From: Lama glama
Taxonomy: Eukaryota
DNA length: 64,000 nt
Direction: 5' to 3'
Assembly (NCBI GenBank): GCA_028534125.1
Contig: CM052816.1
Coordinates: 43,712,001-43,776,000 of the forward strand
Shown here: positions 48,653 to 60,493 of the stretch, one piece after another
Layout: each line of letters starts with the position of its first letter
Numbering within the stretch: position 1 is the first letter of the stretch
Notes under the pieces: model-generated
What the model was told of the DNA's origin: nothing
The model's input: the letters and a program-made list of their open reading frames with translations, nothing else
The model's database searches: none
Translations under genes and position numbers: made by a program

Positions 48653-48956
48653 CCAGTCCATGACCTTTTATATGAAAACTTTGGGCTAGATGTACTATCA
48701 TACTTCAGAATTTTTAGCATGTTAAAGAATTCACGTGCCATATGTCATGTTCATTGCCAGTGGGGGCTGGGGTAACATCAGAAAATCACACTTATATATA
48801 TTTCTGAAATAAAATGTATGTGTATTCCATAAAGTAGATAAGGAACCTCATATAATTTGAATCAGATTTTTGCCTCCAAAAGAGTTTTGGAATCACCTTA
48901 TGAAAATGTTTGTTTTTCAGATCTGTCTGGGGTTTAGATAAAGGACCGTGAGCCTG
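48653..48956. mobile_element. MER46C-like Tigger MITE
   Basis: Termini CCAGTCCA…TTTATATGAAAACTTTGGGCTAGATGT and GATAAAGGACCGTGAGCCTG; internal CCAGTGGGGGCTGGGG and TTTTTGCCTCCAAAAGAGTT; TA on both flanks (48651-48652, 48957-48958). Confidence 0.85.
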
Positions 48957-51331
48957 TAATTACTGATAAAATGCATTCCAAATGCAGAAGGATACTTAGA
49001 GTCAAATGATGAAGCTATTATAAGACATTTCACATTTTACACTTTTCTATTTCAATAAAAGTATTACAAATTCGTAGAGGGAAAATCTACTTAATACCTC
49101 TTTTCTTTTTCTCTAAATTTGTTCTGAGGAAGGAGCACAAAACCCATCCTTCCTGGTCTAAATCTAATTGAAATCACAGGAGCTTCTGAGCTTCTTAAGC
49201 ACTTTTTTTTTTTTTTGGTAATTAGCTCCAATCTAGTTTAATCGAATTCTGTATAGTACATAAACTTTTCAGAGTAGGAATTACGGTATTTAAGAATACC
49301 AAACATATACCGATGAATAGCAGGTAGGAGACCAGAAAACCCAACTGAGGGTTGCACTAGCTGCCCGACACGTCCTGAGCAGGACTTACAGGAAAAGCCC
49401 CACCCACCAGCGCGGTGGATGGAGCCGTCATCATAAACAGGAGGCTCCCACCAGTGGTTGTACAAAATTGTGTCTGCTGCGGGACCCTACAGGATATGCA
49501 GACAGGGATCCTCTAGCTGCTGCGGTAATGATCCCAAATAAATGCCAATAACCACAACGAGAGACACCCAAGGTGCAGCCCTTCGGAGCATCTGCAGCAA
49601 CAGCAATAACGTGCAAAGAGAAATAGGCTCGGAGTTGTTGCTTCATGGAGCATGTCCCCGGTCTAGCCTGCAGCAACAGAATTAAGTTTTTCAATCCCAA
49701 CAGAAACAAATGGAAATCCTAATGCTTGTAGGGATAGCGTGAAGGAAGATCAAATGGGCAAACAAGGCTTTTTTTTTTTTTTTAAATATATGGCTTGGGA
49801 GGATTGAATGACTATTTAGTACTTAGTGTATGGTAGAGATTCCATAGATTTGGAAGTTGCTTCCCTGTTTCAAAATAACCAATTTGGAACATCAATATTT
49901 CTGGTAACGCTTAAACAGTCTCATGAAAAAACAAAGAATATTGCAGCCCAAATATCTTTATCCCCTCGGAGGGAGAAGGGCTTGTCCCCAAACCAAGATT
50001 TATGAATCATGGTTAATAAACATAAAAATCTTAATTCAAATGTAAGTGAATAGATTGCATTTCTCAAAGGGAGAAATAATGATACACATGCCATTATATT
50101 ATTAAAATGTAAATATATTATGTTACATTATTGTATATTATGATTATTATCATATGGTCCTTTTATCTTTAGACAGGACTTTCTGTCCAAAATGACTGTG
50201 ATCCATTTTTAAAGTGGAGAAGTCTGCAGCCTGATGACAGGTCAGGAATCTGCAGAACCCCAGGGGACAAACTCCGTGAGGTGTCTGGACCATAGATGTG
50301 AAATTACAAAAATTCTTTTTTTTTTTACCTTTGTTTGCTGTCATGTACATTAAAGTCTGTCAGCTTTCCAGTGTCTACATGTAATTTTCCTAGGTACAAT
50401 GTAAATGACAAATCAATAGATGTTTAGCGTCTTTCTTCATAGGAAGTGTATGATCATTTGTGCAGAGGAAAAATAAACGTGAAAATAAGCCCAATCAATA
50501 AAATACATGATTAGTAACATATGATTAGTACATGAGTGATGTTGATTCTAACTAATTATCCTTGAAATAGAGGCAGGGCAGCTCTAGTTCATGGTCATCT
50601 CCAGGGACCCAGAGTTAGAGGAGGAGGGTCTCAAGGGGAAAGGACTGGGCATAGCAAGAGTGTGGGAAGGGGCCGAGAGAAGCCCTGACAGACAGAAGAA
50701 TGCTAGGCAGAGAGGAATGTTGGTTACTAGCCTGGTCTCATTCGAGGTGAGCTGCGTGCAGTTTAACAAGACATCAATGTTCCTGTGCCTCCTACTGCAG
50801 CTGACTCTGTGCTGTGCATGACGATTAATGTATCTTTGGGTCTCCAAAGTGACTGATTTGATCCCATCATATTTGGAGGCAAAGTCTTTCTTAAAAGACA
50901 CACCAATAACTTCCAAAAATGTATTAAATTAGCTATGTATTATTTACCTCAAGTGTATTTCTGTGGTATAAATCTGCCTAATTTACGCAGCTGGATGAGA
51001 AAACAGCTTATTTCCATTATGTATTGTTCAAGGATGAAGGTTACAGTCTGTCACAATATCTCTTTGAGTCCAAATTCTGGCCAATTAATTCTTTTTGTGA
51101 TAAATTTTATTTTATGCTTCACTTGTATTATATCTCATCTCATAAAATATAAATGTAATAAATGTAATAATAAATGAATATAATAAATATAATATGAACA
51201 AATAATTATTTTATGATTCAATTTTATTTTATGACTCAAATTTTAGTTACAGTTTTTTCTGATAGCATGCCAGCTCTCCTAATATTTATTTTTAATAAAA
51301 AAGATGAGATTGCTGAATTGATTGCGATTAA

Positions 51332-51572
51332 AGTTTAGTATGGTATTTAAGAACACATCAGAAAGGCTTGGGTTTAAATCACAGATCCTTCACTTGGAGC
51401 TCGATGATTTGGGCAAGTTAACTTTCCAAGCTTTCCATTTTTTAATTTATACAATAGAAATAACAATAGTACCTACGCTACATAGCTACATTGCTATGAA
51501 GGTTAAATGAGAGAAGATATATATAATGCACTGCCTGGCCTATAATATATTTTCAATAAGTACTGATTATTT
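51332..51572 (+). mobile_element. MIR SINE, near full length
   Basis: CTTGGGTTTAAATC…TTTGGGCAAGTTAACTT…ATAACAATAGTACCTAC…TATGAAGGTTAAATGAGA…TGCCTGGC…TCAATAAGT. Confidence 0.85.
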
Positions 51573-52204
51573 CTTTTGTTATTATTTTGAAGGTGTTGAT
51601 AATGATGACTTTAGTTTTAGCCCGTATAGAATCTAGTGACTTTAGAAACCATTGGACTTCTTTGAATCACATTTTCTCCAGTTTTGCGATTTTATTAGCA
51701 TGCCTTTTAGTTTCCTTAGCTGTAAAGGTCTGTGAATCTATTCTGAATTTCCATAAGCCTTTAACAAAATCCTAGGCGAAAAGGAGAAATTAACCATAAT
51801 GGCATAACAAATATGTTTTGATATTTGACATTTGACATTCTTCTCCAGACTAAGAAATATGACTGGATAATAACTATAATTCCTCGGGGTTAAAGTAGTA
51901 AGAATGTGAACTCTGAGTGTATATGGAGAATTTGTTTGTTGTTGTTAGCAACATTATTTGCAGGTTGTCCTAATTTATTAAGAACCTAGACATTCAGAAT
52001 TAACTATTTAATACTTTGAAATGGCTTAGTTAACCTTGTTATTCACTGTATGTCCTATTTTTTATTATAGAAAGAACTATTCATCTATGTTAACACAGAA
52101 AACTTTCATTTAGAGCTTCATTGGGGAGTGGCTTCAAAAAATATTTGATTCAATGAGATCAGTCTTCACATTGAAGAGCAAAACTTCCATCAGCAAAGTC
52201 AGGA

Positions 52205-52985
52205 AGCTTAGTGGGTGTATATATGAATTTTGGAGCCAGATTTCATGGGTTAAGTTCAGGATTACCCCAGTCACTTTGAGCAAGTTGTTTAACTTCTCTA
52301 TACCTTTCCTGCTATCAGTTTTTGGTGTCAGAGCTTCTTTCACTTAACATAATATATACAAGTTTCATCCATGCTGTAGCATGTGACATCAGCTAATTCC
52401 TTTTTATTGTCGAAGAATATTCCATTGTATGGATAAACTATATTTACTCATTCATCTATTAATAAAAATTTGGGTGGTTTCCACTTCTTGGCTATTTATG
52501 AATATCTGTATAAGTTTTTGTGTAAACCTGTGTCCTTATTTCTCTTGGGTATGTGCCAAAGAGTTTGATTGTTGGACCATGTGGTAATTGTTTTTTCAAT
52601 CTCTTAAGGAAATGCCAAACTGTTTGCCAAAAGAGCTGCACCATTTTGCATTCCTACCAGCAGTGCATGTGGGTTTCAGTTTCTCCACATTCACACCAAT
52701 ACTTTGCTATTACCTGTCTTTTTGATTATTTTTGGTTATAGCGGTAATAGTGATATGAAATGATATCTCATTATGGTTTTAATCTGCATTTTCCTGATAG
52801 CTAATAATTTTGAGCTTATTAGCCATTTGTATATCCTTGAAGGAATGTCTATTCAGATATTTTGTTCATTTTTAATTGGGTAATTTTTTTTATTATATCA
52901 TAAGTTTGGGAGAATTAAGCAACTACATTAAGTACTTAGAAGAGTGCCTGGTATACAGTAGATGTGCAATAATATTAAGTAGTAG
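52205..52985 (+). mobile_element. MIR SINE split by an L1 insertion
   Basis: 5' half TTTGGAGCCAGATTTCATGGGTT…TTTGAGCAAGTTGTTTAACTTCTCT (to about 52315); 3' half GAGAATTAAG…CTTAGAAGAGTGCCTGGTATACAGTAGATG (from about 52905). Confidence 0.75.
52320..52905 (-). mobile_element. L1M (L1MA/MB-like) ORF2 3' fragment
   Basis: TTCATCCATGCTGTAGCATGTG, AATATTCCATTGTATGGATA, GGAAATGCCAAACTGTTT, CATTTTGCATTCCTACCAGCAGTG, ATCTCATTATGGTTTTAATCTGCATTT. Confidence 0.9.
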
Positions 52986-55439
52986 GATTATAACTTCATT
53001 TAAAATTATGCTATTTCACTGAATAATCTACGAAACTTAAAGTGTTTATTTTCAGAAAAAGAGATGACTAAGGGAACTCAACTGCAAAGAGGAAATGAAC
53101 TTGATTTTTTATTGTTTCTTATTCAATGTTTAATTGTTTTCTCCCCAGGGATTATTGTAATGGGCTTAATTAAAATAAATTAATAGAAGTTTTTGTATTC
53201 CTCTTTCTTTAAAATAAATCCAACTTAGTGAAAGCCATCCTAAAAATAAACTGTTGCTATATAGAATAGAGAAAAGCAATTCAATGGATAGATTTGCTTC
53301 TCATGATAAAAAGATTTTTAACAATGGAAAGGAAATACTCATTTTATGTATATATGTTAAAAAATATCAACTATTCTGAGAGTAAAATGTTTCACTTTAA
53401 TAATTTCAACAAGCCTTTTTCTTACTATTCCAAATTATAAAATGTTTCACTTCTATTTTATAAACTCAGAACAAGATTCTTTTTGAGAATGCTGACACAT
53501 CATGGAAGGCATAGATTAAAGTCATGTTTACAGATGAAGTTCTATCATTTTTAAAATAAAGTAGGATATTTTCATTTTTAGCAAAATCACTTCCTGTACA
53601 ACCATGATGATCACAGAAAAGAGATGGAATGAGCATTTGAAGTCATAGAAGATAAACAGGAATAGCCATTAGCTACTAATGGATAAAAGTTCAGCCGGGG
53701 CACTAAATCTGTATTACATAGCCACCAATTTGTATTTTATCATATTGATAATGAATACCAACATTACCATTAAAATGAAACTCTGCATTCTCCCTTTCCT
53801 CCCAATAGAGAATTTAAATCAATATTGCCCACATTATCCAACCATGCGCATATCTATATATGCACATGTACTTTTAAACTACAAAATCATGTAATGTGTT
53901 TCACTTTCATTTCAGATCTTTAACACAGTGATGTACTTCTCTATTCTTCCAATCAATTTATCCTGTTAGTGTTTTTCAGCATTTTAAATCCCTGAGCTAA
54001 GTCAATAATGTTGATTACTTACCATAAGCACTGTAAACGCTATTCTAATACAGGTTATTTGCAATTTGACATCCTCATCTATATGCATTATTCTGCTAGG
54101 GAAATTAAATGAAACCCTTGATTTAGAATCTGAAACACTTAGAAGTAATGATCCTGTTTACTGATTGACTGAAGTTGTGGTTTTTAAGCACTACTTAATA
54201 GAGGAAACAAAAAGCAATATTCAAATAAAATGGAAGTACCTGAGTTACTTTAGGAAGAATTCATAGTCAAGGAATAATAGGCTTTTATTTTATTTTTCCC
54301 TGTTTATGCTTCAGTGCTACTTAGCCAACATTGTTAGTGAGCTCAATATTATCCATTTTTTGAGATAGATGATCTTTCCAAATTTAATAATGACTCCTAC
54401 CTATCAGCAATTCCAAGATTAGACCATTATTTACATACATGAAGTTTTCTGTTATGTATTTGTCTAAAATACATTATTAAAATAGACTTCTAAAATGTCT
54501 TTCATATATATCTTTTAAAAAGGGTTAGGTTTATTTATAATCTATTTAATTTATCTTTTAAAATTTTATGTGTATGAGAGTACAGGGGCATTTATCACAG
54601 ATAACCTTCTGAGTTAAGTGAAATATCATAAGGTAATGTTTATGGATGTTTGTAGAAATTCTCAAAAAATAAAATTGCTGAAGATCCTTTTATGAAAATT
54701 GAAACAACATTTACAATACTTTTGCCTACCTTATCTTTTATCTGTATAGTTGGTCTCAAGCCTCTATTTTAAATGGAAATATTCCACTAAAATCAATCAC
54801 TTTTAGTTGCAACATGGATGGTTGGATATTTAGCATTTGACTTAACCTTGTAGTTACATTTAAAACTAGGAATAGGTAAACTCATTTCAGAGAAGATAAA
54901 AATAAAGCCCCTGAGTATAGTATTTTGAGTTGAGCAAAATATACATAATGAAATAATTGAAGAAATAATATAATAAGTAAGAAAAATGTTCTATTTGTTT
55001 TTAAATAATTTCTTTTATGAAGGATTAACTTGAACTGAGTTGAACATTTGAGTTTACAGATCTTTCCAAATAGTAAAATATCTTTCATCTCTGAGATTAG
55101 TATTTCCAGTTGAAGTACATTAGACAAAATAGAGATATTGTGCATTATTTTGGATATATGCTGCCACAAAAATTAAGTAGACTATTGGACATTTGAAATA
55201 ATTAAAATATTTAATAGAGTATATTAAGCACCAAATGTAAAAATCCTCATTTCTAGATATGCAATGTCTGGTTTAGGTAGTTTTAATTATTTTGGTTATT
55301 GATTTCATTAATTTTACTTTAAAAATTTTAAAGAAACTTAGTTAGGAGACATGAAAACAATTCACATGACAAATACATTTTGGCAAAAAAAAAATTATAG
55401 GTAGGTAGTCCTTTAAGGATAACTTATAGTGAAAAAAAG

Positions 55440-56257
55440 TTTTTTTTTTAACATTTTTAATTGATTTATAATTATTTTACAATATTGTGTCAAATTCCAG
55501 TGTAGAGCACAATTTTTCAGTTATGCATGAACATACATATATTCATTGTCACATTTTTTTCTCTGTGAGCTACCATAAGATCTTGTGTATATTTCCCTGT
55601 GCTATATACAGTATAATCTTGTTTATCTATTCTACAATTTTGAAATCCTGTCTGTCCCTTCCCACCCTCCACCCCCTTGGCAACCACAAGTTTGTATTCT
55701 ATGTCTATGAGTCTGTTTCTGTTTTGTATTTATGCTTTGTTTGTTTATTTGTTTTTTAGATTCCACATATGAGCAATCTCATATGGTATTTTTCTTTCTC
55801 TTTCTGGCTTACTTCACTTAGAATGACATTCTCCAGGAGCATCCATGGTGTTATGTTGTCAGTTTTTATGGCTGAGTAGTATTCCATTGTATAAATATAT
55901 CACATCTTCTTTATCCAGTCATCTGTTGGTGGACATTTAGGCTGTTTCTTGGCTATTGTAAATAGTGCTGCTATGAACACTGGGGTGCAGGTGTCATTTT
56001 GAAGTAGGGTTCCTTCTGGATATATGCCCAGGAGTGGGATTCCTGGGTCATATGGTAAGTCTATTCCTAGTCTTTTGAGGAATCTCCATACTGTTTCCCA
56101 TAGTGGCTGCACCAAACTGCATTCCCACCAGCAGTGTAGGAGGGTTCCCCTTTCTCCATAGCCTCTCCAGCATTTGTCATTTGTGGACTTTTGAATGATG
56201 GCCATTCTGAGTAGTGTGAGGTGATACCTCATTTTAGTTTTGATTTGCATTTCTCTG
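55440..56257 (-). mobile_element. relatively young 5'-truncated L1 (ORF2 C-terminus, 3' UTR, poly-A)
   Basis: ORF 55900-56250 translates to L1 ORF2p C-terminus ([57 protein letters not shown]); poly-T at 55440; approximate TSD TGAAAAAAA(AC)AGTTTT. Confidence 0.95.
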
Positions 56258-58189
56258 AAAAAAAACAGTTTTAACTTATAGCAAATGGACAGTAAACATA
56301 CCTACTCTTTGTAGACTGAAGTAAGGATTAAAGGACCAACTTCAACGTGAAAAAGTGAAATACTGAATTGTCATTGAACTTTACTCATAATGCATAATGT
56401 TGAAAAGATTTGAAGGATGACTTTGCTTTGTGTTTTAATGTACTACTTGTTCAATTGGACATTCAAGTGACATATTGTAATTGAAGTGAGAAGCTAGATT
56501 TAAAGCACATACTGTACAAACACATATATGTATGTGTGGATATATATTTAATGTTGAAAATGTTAGGTCAAGAAAATAAAGGTTTAGAATAAATTAGTCA
56601 AATCTAAAATAAATAATTGAAAAGTTAAACAGTGTAAATTAGGGCATGCTTTACACACTTGTATGTGTATAGTGTTTTTCAATTTCGAACGTGGTGGGTC
56701 AAGAAAATGAAGAATTAGTGTAAGTAAGTCAAACGTCTTTCTAAAACAATTCAGAAGTTAAACAGACTAAATTAGAGCATGCTGAGTTGATGATAAGTAT
56801 TTCTTTTCAACACTATTAAAGGAAAAAAAATAAGACTAGGAGACACCTAACCACTGCACTTGAGGCTTTGAAGTGGAAGTGCCTGCAGGGGTTCTGTATT
56901 GTGTTAAGCACTGAACGTTGGTCAACACCCCAGCCAAGATAAGGAGATTAGGTCCTGATTAAACTGCTATCAGTAGAATTCAAATAAGTGATCTGGCGGG
57001 ACAAGAGCTCTAATCAAGTGCTCTTGTTTGTCTGTCATTGGCTCTGTAACAAACACAATCAGTCCCTATTTCTTCTGTTCCAAACACAGCTCCTTCAATT
57101 TTGGGTATTTATAAATTAATTTCAAAAGTTCTTGGCTGCAGTTACGTGTATGGATTCCATTTATCTGAGTGTAGGTGTGATTATGGCACTGAATTGTAAG
57201 GACCAATATTAGGCTAAGAGATGCCTATAAAGATTAAGTCATTTTCCCCCTTTCCAAACAATTAGCAGCACTAGACTGTTTAGCAGAGATCAGTTGTAAT
57301 TGAGGAACTGAGAAAGGGCAATAAACAAATTACTGGTGCTTTCACCGAAGTCTGAAGCCTGTTGGTTTACAGAACCTCTGTTATTTAATCCAGAAGCCCT
57401 GTAGGTTGTAAATTATCCATTACAGTTGTCACTAGGCCCTTAAACAGAAGTTATGTACTAGTTTAAAGACACAGGAAAAGAGAGGCTCCTGGTCTTTGTC
57501 TCAGATGAAACAGGCTACAGAGAGTTAGATCAATTTAAAATATAACACTAAGCTTTTCAAGTAATGTAAGAAAGTTTACAGGTTCAATAGGATAAGAAAA
57601 TATAATTTGGGCTATTGAGCTCTTATGACTAAAAATCATTTAAGAGGATTTTTTAAATGATTTTGACTGATTCCATGATCTTATGATTTCTGTGAAGTCT
57701 AGGAAGAAGGTAATAATTACACATTTTAAATTGTTTTAGGATTGTAAAATCTTAAATTTTATATTAAATACAAGAAGGATAAAGAGATAATATGTATCAA
57801 AGAAGATACTTTTTTTGGAGTTATTTGAGGAGGAAAATTGTATATAATAGCACATGAAGAAATGGAATCTGAGGGTTCTTTCTTATCTTAAACAAAACTT
57901 GGCCACCTTGCTATTTGAGCTGTACAATGTACAATTAAGGGCCTAACGTTGAATATATTATGTAGGACATAAAATGAAAAGCAGAATATGAGTTTTCAAA
58001 GGCATAAAATAACATTTTTAAGGAAAAAACCTTGTCTAAAATATATTCAAACAAATATGGTCACAATAATTAAAAATATTTCTTACATTGGAATAGTGCC
58101 ATCTACTCTAAAGACAGGTAAAATACTTATCAAGTAAGTGATTTTTGTGGCAATGAAGCTTCTTATATAAACATGGACTTATGCTACAT

Positions 58190-59055
58190 GGACTCTAATT
58201 TAAATAGAAAATTACAAAATTTTAGGACAAATATGTGGATACCTTTGTGACATGTCAAGTGGACCAGAAACCATAAAAGAATATCTGATTGCTTGACAAC
58301 CAAAAACATCTAATGACCAAAACGCATCGAAAATAAGATGAAGAGATAAATGACAATCTAGGAAAAATAATCATCATACATGTGACAAGTGATTGGTTAA
58401 ATGCTTTGACATACTAAAAAATTTTTTGGAAAGTTAATTAGGAAGAATATGAACATCACGATAGCAAAGTTCACAAAAGAAGAAATGGAAATGTCTATTT
58501 AGTATCAAAGACACAAAAGTGAAAACAAACAAAGCTATTGTTTTTCTAGCCTGAGTGGCAAAAAGCAAGAAAGTTTGGTAATCTATAACAAAATGTTTAA
58601 AATGTATGTGCCTCTCTTCTTTTGGGAATATACCCTAAAAAGTTGTACCAAAAGAAATGTGAACTAAAGAATATTTTTCACAGCATTGTAAATGATATCA
58701 AAAAGTTTGAAACAACTTAAAAATTCATCAATAGGGAGATGATGAAGTAAATTATCTTATATGTATACCAGATGGGCTACTATGTATTTATTTTAAATGA
58801 TGTCACAGATCTATATTGGCATGGAACTATGTCCTTGATATATTACTGAGTTTAAAAATAGCTTGTAGAATAACATAAGTGTATTTATATAAAACAATGA
58901 ATTCTTTCATAGGTATGTGTGCATTTTTTTCATGTATATGTAAATTCTATCTGAAAGAATGTACACCAGAATTTTGATTGTGGTTAATATTGGACTTTCT
59001 GGTGATTCTTTTTTTTTTTTTTTTGGTAGTAAATGTGTATCATTAAAAAAAAAGT
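58190..59055 (+). mobile_element. old L1ME-type ORF2 end and 3' UTR
   Basis: CCAGAAACCATAAAAGAA, GTTCACAAAAGAAGAAATG, TTGGGAATATACCCTAAA, TTTTCACAGCATTG, AAACAACTTAAAAATTCATCAATAGGGAG, TGGCATGGAAC. Confidence 0.8.
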
Positions 59056-60460
59056 GATTTTATTATCTGTAGAAGGAGTGAACAGTTTTTTTGTTTTTTT
59101 TGTTTTTTTTAATGTATAACTTTACTGAGGTAAATATACTGTTTAGTTTACATGAGAAATAGATCGTAGAATACCTGCCATAAAGTAGAAAACTGAGGGG
59201 TCTTTATTTTATTTATTTAATGGAAAATTGCTTTGGCAGAAGAAAACTCCATTATATACCACAACTAGTCCATTGAGTTGCAAATTTCTCCTTTTACGGC
59301 CCAGAAGCTTCATTGTAGGGATATTCATCTTTAATAATAATTTAGAAAGGAGAAAAGAACTTGGGTTTGCATTGGCTTAATCTTTTCCAGATTAATGGAC
59401 ATGCTCCTTAGAAATGTATCAATAATCATAATTGTAAAATGAGAATATTTCCGTGAATAAGCAAAATGGGCATGTTAGATAGACTCTATAGCATTGCTTA
59501 GCATTTTCCTTCTGTGTTCCATGAAAGTAAAACTTGGGATGCCACTTTTCTCTCATGTCATTAAAGAAGAGCCATCTGTCATCTCCAGCAAGATGTACCC
59601 TTTGCTTTTATTTCCTCAACAGATCTCAATAGAAAAAAACAATTCATGGAAATGAGAGAAAACTTGGTGACAGAAGCAATCTTCTGGAATAGGGGGCAAA
59701 ATCACAGTCTCCAATTTGCACTGCAGGCTTTTTCTTTCTTCTGTATTTTTAGAAACTGTACTTTCTACTGCAGATCCTTTTCTCATCTAACATGCAGGCT
59801 TGCTGTTTATTGAGGTGTAAGTTTTGTTTGTTGAATGAGTATCAGCACAATTGGGAGCCACAACATAGTTTAAAAAGTTATCCAGGGAATAGACAATGCA
59901 AAGTATTACCCACAGTTTGCAATATAGATTTTATTTTATTTTTGTATTACAGCAGAATAGACTAAGTAGTACAAAGTAATTTTTTAAAACAGAGAGATTT
60001 CTGTGCTATGGAGATTTCTGTTGACTATGTCTGGGGGAAAAACACAAATTGGATGCCAGCATGGCAAAGAAGGCTGTTTAACCACCAGTGGTCTTAATGA
60101 TTATGAACGGCTGAATATTAAATTTAGGCAGGATGGTTGCATGGATTATGTGAACTGAGGGGGGCACTCTGTTTTCCTAATTATGTATGCATCTCTTTAT
60201 TGGGCCAATGCAGGTAGCCATTTAATTAAATTAACCACATAACTTCCCCTTTTCACTTTGGTTCTACTATTTGTCCAAAATTTTTAACAGATGGTTTCAA
60301 CAAACTAGTTAGAGAGTCTCACAAAGAGGTAAGATGCATATTTCAATGAAACTAATGATGAAAAGCCTTTATAATTTTGGGCAAAAATGAAAGACACCTT
60401 TTCTCCCTTCTTCCTCTTCGGCTTCATCCGTCTCCTTTTCCTTTTCCTTACTACAAAAAC

Positions 60461-60493
60461 AATAATAATGATGATGATGATGATGATGATGAT
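60461..60493. repeat. (AAT)n/(GAT)n trinucleotide microsatellite
   Basis: AATAATAATGATGATGATG…; explains the poly-M and poly-I runs in two ORFs. Confidence 0.95.

Noticed and set aside
55900..56250. Host protein-coding gene
   Set aside because: It is the C-terminal fragment of L1 ORF2p in a truncated element.
60151..60168. CTCF-like GAGGGGGGCAC
   Set aside because: The 5' half of the CTCF core does not match.
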